From: Chromera velia
Taxonomy: Eukaryota
Length of the DNA: 59,214 bases
Assembly: GCA_018398765.1 (NCBI GenBank)
Contig: JAHBMJ010000028.1
Coordinates: 1 to 59,214, forward strand
Direction of reading: 5' to 3'
Shown: positions 50,142-59,214 of the stretch, piece after piece
How positions within the stretch are numbered: the stretch's first letter is position 1
Layout: each line of letters opens with the position of its first letter
Notes under the pieces: generated by a model
Databases searched by the model: none
The model's input: only the letters and a program-made list of their open reading frames with translations
What the model was told of the DNA's origin: nothing
Program-made: the position numbers and the translations under genes

Positions 50142-51513
50142 CAGGAATGCTCAGGAGGTTCAGACGGAATCTGACCACCACATGCGACGCGTCCACTCCC
50201 GTGACCCATTCTGCCCAGGGGGGGCGTTCAAGCTGTGGGGGCACGCTCGGCGGTTTGCTCATCGGCCCTACAACAAATGAAGAAAGAGAAAACGTCATAT
50301 TATGTACGCCTTTCTTTCGATTTCTTCCTTCTTTCCTTCCTTCCTTTCTGTCTGCAATGTTCAGAACACAGATGCGTCTTATCGCCTTCCCATTCCTTTC
50401 TTCTGTGTCCTCTTCACGATTCTACCAAACAGTCCATGCAACCGTCAAGGAACAGAAGAGAAAGGACAGGAACTACTGAAAATCACAGGCGCGCGCCCGC
50501 ACGCACACACACACGCACACACACACACACTTAGTTTTCCCGCCCCCCACCCCCCGACCTGAGGTTGGATGTGTGGCCCCTCCTCCCCCTGCCGACGTCC
50601 CTCCTCCTCCGTGTGCCCCTCCACCTGGTGCTGCTGCTGTACGGTTGCCCCCCTGCCCCCCCGTGACTGCAAGCGCCTTCATGCAGGTCTCCCTCGCCTC
50701 TCCAACCTGACAGACAAAATATTCATACAACAAATCAATGAGGAAACGAAAGACCGAGAGAGGAAGCATCAAGGAAGTGGAGACACGTAAAGCCGGAAGG
50801 AACGATGTGTGTGTGAGGACACGCTGAGAAACCGAATCCGAGCAAGAAGGGATCGAGCAGACAGACCAGAAGGGAATGAATTCAAAAGTGGGTGCAGTCA
50901 AATGGGTCTCCATGGAAACAAACAAGCAGACGAAGGAGGAAATAACCGAGAAGGAAAGAAAGAAAGGCAGAAAAGTGGCGCAAAGCCGATCAGAGAGCAA
51001 AAGAGAGAAAGAATGAGGCAGAGAGCAGACGGACTTTTTTGAAGTACTCGGCGGCTCTCTCGCGATCGATCTGGCACTTTTGTTTGTCCGGGTGTACGCA
51101 GAGGGTGATCTGCATGCAGCATACATTCATAGAGTTCTGTATGAAAATGAATGTTTGTCCGGGTGTACGCAGAGGGTGATCTGCATGCAGCATACATACA
51201 CGCAGAGGGTGATCTGCATGCAGCATACATTCATAGAATTCTGTATGAAAATGAATGTTTGTCCGTGTGTATGAAGAGGGTGATCTGCATGTAGCATACA
51301 TTCATAGAATTCTGTATGAAAATGAATGTTTGTCCGGGTGTACGAAGAGGGTGATCTGCATGCAGAATCGACGAGTCGGTCAGTCATGGGTCAAATTCAA
51401 AAAGAAACGACGTGAAATTGGACGATAAGCGTTTTGAAGCGCCGTATTGCGTCAGCAGTCTCCTGTTTCTGCATGGTTCACGTGAGGAGCCAGCAGAAGC
51501 AGACGGAACTGGC

Positions 51514-51551
<38 letters not shown>

Positions 51552-54500
51552 ACACACATACACACACACACACACACACACAGAAAGAGAAGGAAGAAAA
51601 GAGAAAGACAGAAACAGTCATGATCTCCACACAGTGGCTGAATTTTTGACTGACAGACAGACAGACTGACCTTTCTGTATGCTGCCTCGACGCGTTCCTT
51701 CCTTGCTCCCACAGGCAGCCCCAAAATCGCAAAGCAGGCCGCCCTGTCCTTTTCTGGTCGCCCCCGAGCCACCGCTGCCGCATGCGCCCCCGTCATCAGT
51801 CGTCTGTTCAACGCCGTCTCAAAGGCCTCAACGCTCCTCACCGCCAGGAACGGCCTGCATCCAGGCATCCATGCGTGTAGGCAAATAAATACAATTCACA
51901 ATCGAACCAACATTGCACACACTGGGCATCTTACTTTCTTTCTCTGAGGGCAGACTTGGCAGCATCGCGCAGAGGCGCACAGCATGAGAAAGACGTGATG
52001 AGAGACAAAGAAAAACAAGCAGCTGGTTTGGAATAATCGAAATACACGCAGAGATACAGGCCGGAAGGAAACCGGGATGATGCACCATTCCACCATGCAT
52101 GCAGTGAGAGAGATGCGCCTGAATGGAAAGGAAAGGTACACCAAGAAGTTAGGAGAAGAAGAAGAAGATGTGCCAGAGGGAAGAAAACGACGCAGACAAC
52201 CAGGCCATTCAACGTTCAGAAAACAGACCAAAAAAAAAGAGGAAGGAGAGAGGCGGGTCAGAAATGAACCACGGTATTCAACAACACCCCATTTTCTTCA
52301 AAGACCACGAGAAAAACGGACCGACCAATCTGAGGGCAGTGCAGACTTGAGGGGCGCCGCCTGTCCTTGCGGTCCGCCTACAGGCCCTGCTCCACTTCTG
52401 GCAGCCCCCGCAGTTGCTCCTCCCACATGCACCCCTGTCGTCCCCACACCAGCCTGTCTTGCCATCCCTGCCGTCCCCCCCCCAGGCCGCTGCTGAAAGT
52501 TGGGACCCCCAAATCCCCCCGCTGGCCTCCCGGGGCCTGGTGGCTGCGCCCGCCCCTCCCCTGCTGCTGGCTTTTGGGAGCCTCCAAAAGACGCTTGAGA
52601 GGAGGCCGCGCCGGGGGTGTTGTGACCGGACCCGGACCCAGACGCGCCGTGTGCCGGGCCCCCAGATGCCGCCGCCATTTTGTCCGCCACGGCCCGTGCG
52701 AGAGACTTTCTGGAAAATCCCCTAGGAGACATTCCGCCGCAGTGGGCTTTGTACAGTTTCTTCAATTCGCCCAATGGAAGGGTCTCGGTGGTGTTCTCTG
52801 AGGCAGCAGTGGGTTTTTCCTTTTCTTTTTCTGCTGGGGTCGCTGAGGGTCCTGGTGCTGGTGCTGTTTTCTTCTCTGAAGCTCGGCGGGAGGATTTGGA
52901 TTTGGTGGGCGGACGGAAGGGGGAAGGGGGGGCGATTGGGGGATCCGGGGGGCGTTGGTCTTGGGCTTTTTGCCCCTTTCCTTTCTGGCAGGGGGGGGAT
53001 CTGACTTTGGGTTCTTCCATCGGAGCGGCCGCTGTATGGGGTTTGGGGTAATTCTTCTTTTCCTCCTTGTGAATAGTGGGGGTTTTCTTTGTCTGAGAAG
53101 GAGAGGCCTCTTTTTGATGGTGTGAGGTCCTGTCTCTTTTTTTCTGCTGCTGTGGGCATGTGTGTTCGTGGGGCATTGGGGTTTTGGGTCCGCCTGTTTT
53201 GGGTTTTCCTGAAGAAGCAGAGAAGGGAACGGAAGTTCTTTCTTTGTCTTTGGTTTTGCGTGAGGGGGTAGGGGGGCCCTCTTTCTCCCGTCTCGGGGGC
53301 ATCAAGGAAGCGCGGCCAGGAACCTCAGTTGGTTTCTCTCTGCGGCTACGAAGAGGCGACTTGAGAGCAGAGAGAGAGGGCCCCGGTTTGGTGACCCTGT
53401 TGGCAGACGGTGAGGAAACGGGGGCGGAGTGGGATACGGAGACGGGGACTGATGATTTTCGTCCTGCCGAAGTCTGGGGGGGGGGAGACGGGAGTGGGGG
53501 TTCCTGGGGGGGTTGACAGTCTGCTTCTTCCTCCTCCTCTTCGTTGGTGTCCTTTGGTTCGTCATTCGAGAAAGAGAAAGGGACCGCTCGGTGTCCTTCT
53601 TTTTGCTGTGAAGTTTCTTGCTTCACTGTGGAAGGACGAGGTGAAAGAGGGGTTCTGTTTTCTTTTTCCTTCTCGGAGGAACTGGGAGGGCGCGCAGTTT
53701 CTCCCTCTCCCTCTCCTCCGGTCTGATGGTCCAAATGGGGTATCGGGGGGGGGGTTCTTCTTCCTTCTGCCGTCTCTGCGTTGGACTTTTCGGGGACCGC
53801 TCCCTGGGTCCATCGGACTGCAGACCCAGGGGGCATGCCGGGGTGATTCTGGGAGGAAAAGGAAGGAGGAGGGGGCGGACGGGTAATGCCTGCCTTCTTT
53901 CCTTCGACTGCAGTGGAAGCGCTCCCTTTTTCCACCCCCTTCGAGGTTTTGTTGAGAATAGGAGAACGGGGCGGGGGCATGGAGGGGGGTGGTAGGTCGT
54001 CTGGATTTGGGAAGTGGGATTTCTTGGCCTTGGCTGCTTGGGTGGGACTGGGGGGAGCGGGGGAGAAAAATCCGTGGGGGGGGGCAGGGGGGACATTCAG
54101 CGGTTCTGCAGCAGCTGTCACCCCTGTTGTCGCCCCGAACACCGGAGACCTTCTTTCAGCAGTTGGCGTGTCTCCTCCAGAGGCTCGTTTGGGAGTGGCA
54201 GGCGTCTCCATTTCCTCTCCTTTTACTCGCTTTGCTTGATTTAATTCCACACCCAGCATCTTCTCTGCAGAGACTCCGAGAGGGGGGGTTGGGAGGAAGG
54301 GAGATGCTGTACGTGCTGCCATGGGATTGGCGGTGGGGGGTGAGAACAGGGGTGTCGTGGAGCCTCTCTGCTTGGATTTCGGGGATGCGGCGGGTCTCTC
54401 TCCAGCCTGAGCAGACGGGCCGTCTTTTTTGTCCCGTTGGAATTCTTTGTCTTTTTCTTTTTCTTCTTCTTTTTGTTTCGGCGGCGTCGTTTGGGCTTTG

Positions 54501-55819
54501 AGTGGGTGTGCACCTGTTGATGACATTGTGTGGGAGTGTGGTTCGCCTTCTGCTGGCAATACGGGGGCTGTGGAGGTGGAGGCGGACGAGGACAGCCAGG
54601 GCCTGAGTCTGTGTTGGATGTCGGGGGGCAGGTTGACCGTGACAGCAGGGGAAGCGAGGAGCGCCTTGGCTTTCTTGTATTTCTTCTCAATTGCCTGCAA
54701 AAAGAAGGAAGGAAGGAAGGAATTGGGAGGGAGGTGTCAAGAACAAAAGAGAAATGAGAAACGGAAGACGGGAGGGAAGCGACGCATGCATGAGGGGATG
54801 AATCCTCCGAGAAAAACACGAAGGAAGGCAAAATCCTTCCTCTATCCGATAGAGCACGAATGAACAACAGAAGAACGAACAGACTGATCATCTCATGAAA
54901 AAAAGAAGAGCGACACAGCTATGTGAGAAGGAGAAGAGAAGAGAAGAGAAGACCCATGCACACCGTGAAGCAAAAAATGAATCCAAGGGATCACCCCCCC
55001 CCCCCCCNNNNNNNNNNNNNNNNNNNNNNNNNNNNNNNNNNNNNNNNNNNNNNNNNNNNNNNNNNNNNNNNNNNNNNNNNNNNNNNNNNNNNNNNNNNNN
55101 NNNNNNNNNNNNNNNNNNNNNNNNNNNNNNNNCCCCCCCCCACACACACACACCGTTTTCTCTTCTTGAGCGCGATACGTGCGGCCCCGCAGATCCTGCA
55201 GGCACATTCACACAGACAGAGGCACACACACACACATCTATCCATGCTCTGCCTCTATGTTTGTAAAGGAATAAGCCAAAATGAATTTCTCGCTCCGAGA
55301 GGCCATGCATGCAGGCAGACAAAACTTTGCAGAGAAACTTAGACCAAGGAGAAACACAGACCCGCGCTGACAGACAGACACGTCAAGTCAAGAAAAGAAA
55401 CCATAGCCGTCTCGGAGTCCGAAACCATGTCTGTTTTTCCTCCTACCCACAAGCCGTTTATTTTTCTGGTGATGCGATGCGATGAGGAAAAGTTTTGCTG
55501 TTCTTTAAGACGCGCAGCAGATGCACTTTTCTGGGATGCTTTTCTTTCTTTCTTTCTCTCTCTCTCTCTCTCTCTCCCTCTGTGTGTGTGTGTGTGTTTC
55601 TTTCTTCCAGCACCTCACTTTCTTACTCACCTCAGCTTCTGTCTTCAACTTTTCATTCTCTTCCTTCAGTCGCGCCAGCTCCCTCTCCAGCACGCTCTCA
55701 GGTTCCCCAACCAAAGACGGCCTCTCCCTCTCCTTATCCTTCTCACGAGCGGCCCTTGAGGGAGGAGCAAACAGGCTCCTGCCGCCGTCTCTGCCCTGGC
55801 TCTGAGGTGTTGGCACGCT

Positions 55820-55862
<43 letters not shown>

Positions 55863-58158
55863 GAGAGAGAGAGAGAGAGAGACTTATACGTATTCTTGCA
55901 TACAGAATGTCTGGGAGAGGGCTGGATGGACGAACATCTTTTTTTCCATTTCAGAATTCAACAGAGATAAGATGGAGAAAGCTCCCAAAGACGCTAAGCG
56001 ACGCTCTAGCTGCAGCACACTTCAGACAGAAGAAAGGAAAGGAGGCAAGGAGAAGAAAAAATGTGTGCGAATCTTTTTTTTTGTCTGTCTGTCTGTCTGA
56101 GTGATGTCCCTCGAGTACAGGTCCACCTGGTTATATACGCTTCCTTCCTTCCTTCCTTCCTCCCTCCATCTCGCCNNNNNNNNNNNNNNNNNNNNNNNNN
56201 NNNNNNNNNNNNNNNNNNNNNNNNNNNNNNNNNNNNNNNNNNNNNNNNNNNNNNNNNNNNNNNNNNNNNNNNNNNNNNNNNNNNNNNNNNNNNNNNNNNN
56301 NNNNNNNNNNNNNNNNNNNNNNNNCCCCCCCCCGATCATCTCCAGCCTCCTCACAAATATCTATGCAAGAAGAAAAAAATGTCCTTTCAATCTTACCAGA
56401 CCAGACAGACCTCCTGACGCCCTCCCTTGATGCCCTCCGACTGCTGTCTCCTCTCTCTCTCAGACTGCCCCCCCTTTCCCCTTCCTTCCAGGAGCCTTTG
56501 TCCTTGTCCCTCTGCTGCAGAGGCCAGAGGGGACAGGACTGCTCCCTGTCCTTGCCCTTGTCCGTGCACACGCCCCCCGGAAGAGAGAGAGGCACCGCTC
56601 CTCCTGTCACCAGGACTCAAAGGACTTTGCTTCACCCTCAAACTCGCACCCCCTGACTGTCCCTTCTGGCCGCTCTTCAGAAGCACAGACTGCCTCAGGC
56701 TCTCTCGGTCCTGTCGAACCCCACAACCAGACAATACAGAGGGGGAGGTCGGGTGGTCTCTGGAGCTCTCTTTCAAGTTGGCCCCACCAAACGAGACAGA
56801 GGCAGAAGAAGAAAGACGAGCACCCCCGCTCACTGAACCGAGGGTTCTTCGCTTCGGAGGGCCCACTGCAGAGGGACCCGGGGAGACTGATGGCGCCGCC
56901 GGGGACAGAGACGAGGAGGACTTCATTCTCTGCACATACAAATGAAAGTAGAGAAAGAAGTGGGCACGCAGAGAGATTGTGTGCTGTAGACGGATGTAGA
57001 GGCAAAGAGAGAGACCGGCTTGTCAGGTGACCGAGTGGAGTGAGTGCTTCTTTCTTTTTCCTTCTTTCCTCTTAATTCTCTTCCCACAAATTAACGGCAA
57101 GCAGGCGGGAGGTAACACGATCTGTCTCTGCGAGGGACAAGCGGAAGAATAGATCGAATGGAGAGCGAGGCGGGCAGACAGAGCAGACGTTTCCCTTCCC
57201 CCCGCTGGTTCCGCTCTTCTACAGATCTTCTCCAGCCAGGTTGCTTGACTATGCGTTCCTTTCCATTTTTCGCTCTTCTCCTTTCCACGCACACAGCAGA
57301 CAAAGATAGACCAAAGAAGCAAAATGTTACTCAAACAAGGTGGGCAGGGTCAGACAAACAGACAGACAGAGAGATTTCAGGAGGCTGACGTACCGCCACG
57401 AGTTGATCATAGAGGAACGGTGCGAGGATGAGAGGGTTCTTGGAGAGGATCTTGAAGTTCTCCTTCGTTTGCGATTTCGTCACCCAGGTGCCCCAGGTCG
57501 AAGGGGTCGTCCCGAGGGCCGCAGCCATCTGAGGGGAGGGGGGGGGAGGGAGGGAGGAATCGTGCGCGGCATCAGAGAGGCCAAAAGAAATGCAATTGCC
57601 CCACACGAGGAAGAGGACAGGGACTTGCTTGCAGTTGACGAATCGGATAGACAGACACAGAAAGAAACGACGCCCTCATACCAGAGAAGAGAACTCGGCA
57701 CTCACCCTAAAAGGAAACACATAAACCACGGAATATAAGCAAATGAATGACATGAAACCAGGCAAATTGATGCGGGAATGCAAATCTTCTACCTTTCTGG
57801 CCTTTTCTTCTTCTGCTTCTTCACTCACCTCTTTATCGTCGATGCCACATTGCTTCTTGATGAAGTCGAGGAACATAATGGAGCTCTTCGCGTCGAACGG
57901 TCTCTTCATTTCTGCTCCTGCTTCCATCTCAGTCGGGAAGACAGAGGAAGAGGATGATGATGAGGTCTTTGCCGCCCCTGTCTTGAAGAAAAATGCCATC
58001 GGAGCCTTAGAGGCGTGGCCTTTGCCTTCTTTATCGTCACTCACTGACAGCCCTCCCTTGTTACAGAAGGTGTCGAAGACAGAGGCGACGATAGCCTCGG
58101 CAGTGCTCTTCTCTTTGGCTTTGAAGCCCTGGGACTCGAGCTCTGCCAACAAAACCAT
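50142..58158 (-). CDS. Large low-complexity protein with coiled coil and DnaJ (J) domain; 3' end continues below 50142
   Basis: Exons 58158-57829, 57528-57394, 56929-56411, 55819-55631, 55195-55154, 54694-52326, 51854-51671, 51109-51035, 50706-50559 and 50267-50142 join in frame. J domain: CFAILGLPVGARKERVEAAYRK/ITLCVHPDK...AAEYFKK/VGEARETC. Two N-gaps (55008-55131, 56176-56323) could hide exons. Confidence 0.75.
51081..51365 (-). repeat. 71-bp tandem repeat that copies the 3' splice site and the HPD-coding exon start
   Basis: CTGCATGCAG|ATCACCCTC... acceptor copies at 51355, 51284, 51213, 51180 and 51109 (spacings 71, 71, 33, 71). Confidence 0.9.
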
Positions 58159-58637
58159 GACGATGGTGATCGCACTCTAGCAAAAGAAAAATGGAAAACG
58201 AGACACAACGACAGTTCGGTCGTTGTGCAGAACAGTGTCGATCGATCGATCGATCAACGTATTTTTTTCCTCTGCACGTGCTGTGCTTGAAGCAGTTTTG
58301 ACTGGTCACGAAGTACGACCGGCTCCTTCCCTCACTTCCTAGATAAGCGAACACGCAGGAAGACAATGGGAAAAGCGCTTGCGGCGATGCAACAACCTAA
58401 CTCCACCCAAAGATTTGGAGGAGACGGATATGGCAGGAAACAGAAGTTCTTGAAAAATGACGCGTCTGATTCCACGTGCAAAGGAGCTACCACTCCACCT
58501 TGTGGCGCATGCAGCGAATCTTCATCAGAAGACTCCTTTTTCCTCTGAGACGATTGTGGCACTCACCAACCAGGCACGATGAGGTTTCAGTATCCACCAT
58601 GCATCATTGATTGAATTTGATCGACACGATATTCTCG

Positions 58638-58760
58638 AGCCGCGCGACGGCCCGGGCCGCGGGCGCGTGCAATGCGGCGCGCCGCGGCGCCGCACGGGCG
58701 GGCGGCGCGGGCCATGTGATCCGGAAATCCGACCGCGCGCGCGCGAAAAATGCGCGAAAA
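58638..58760. promoter_or_regulatory. CpG-rich block with two E2F-like GCGCGAAAA motifs upstream of the J-domain gene
   Basis: Very GC-rich 120 bp. GCGCGAAAA at 58741-58749 and 58752-58760; reverse complement TTTTCGCGC fits E2F consensus TTTSSCGC. Confidence 0.45.
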
Positions 58761-59214
58761 TCATGCACATTAGGCAATCTGAATCATGAAGAGTCATTCA
58801 ATACAAATTCGTATGCACAGGTGCTTTCCGGGGCCGCACACAGTAGAATTCCGTGAGCGTGTCGACCCCTCCGTCTATACATGCATTCATCTCTCAGTCA
58901 AGCTTCCACACACTTGCTTTGACCGTGAAGCCGGAACGTTTATAGATCTTTGCATGAAACAGCTCAGCAGCAGAGACCCTGCCTGTGCGTAATGCAGGGC
59001 GGGCGGTGCAGATCCTGTCGAGCGGATGCAACAGGTAAGGAAAACAAGTAACAGTATACGTCTGGCACACCCTTTCTGTGCTTTGTGTGAATGCATTGCT
59101 ACATGACAACATGTCGTCTTCTGGAGAGTGGACATCTTGAAAATTGGATACTTGATTGAAGATCCCCTATATTTTGCAAAGATTACCCGAGTTTCTTTAG
59201 GCAATCTGAATCAT

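Noticed and set aside
58270..58600. Additional upstream coding exons of the J-domain gene
   Set aside because: Candidate GT/AG sites do not join in frame with MVLLAELESQ; treated as 5' UTR.

Overview
Eukaryotic genomic DNA, intron-rich and microsatellite-laden. Abundant TGCATGCA motifs and the gene content suggest an apicomplexan or related alveolate (inference, not verified). I reconstructed five spliced genes by hand from GT-AG junctions and reading-frame continuity: a nucleolar two-RRM RBM34/Nop12-like protein (-), a bacterial-type RhaT L-rhamnose:H+ symporter-like transporter (+), a ~1,770-aa RRM+KH low-complexity RNA-binding protein (-), a reticulon-like protein (+), and a large J-domain protein (-, 3' end uncertain). 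AT-rich intergenic islands hold transposon relics: two TIR/8-bp-TSD MITE-like elements, a CRE-type LINE 3' fragment and a CCHC LINE 3' fragment. The most striking structure is a ~9.6-kb head-to-tail array (14670-24282, minus strand) of a ~2.72-kb non-autonomous LTR retroelement with shared 293-bp TG...CA LTRs, a tRNA-iMet primer-binding site, a polypurine tract and a decayed Gag zinc knuckle. A second oddity: in two unrelated genes the 3' splice site plus exon start is tandemly duplicated around a filler sharing the same 13-mer, creating decoy acceptors (four of them copying the start of the J-domain HPD exon). Most ORFs in the supplied track are microsatellite or antisense artefacts.
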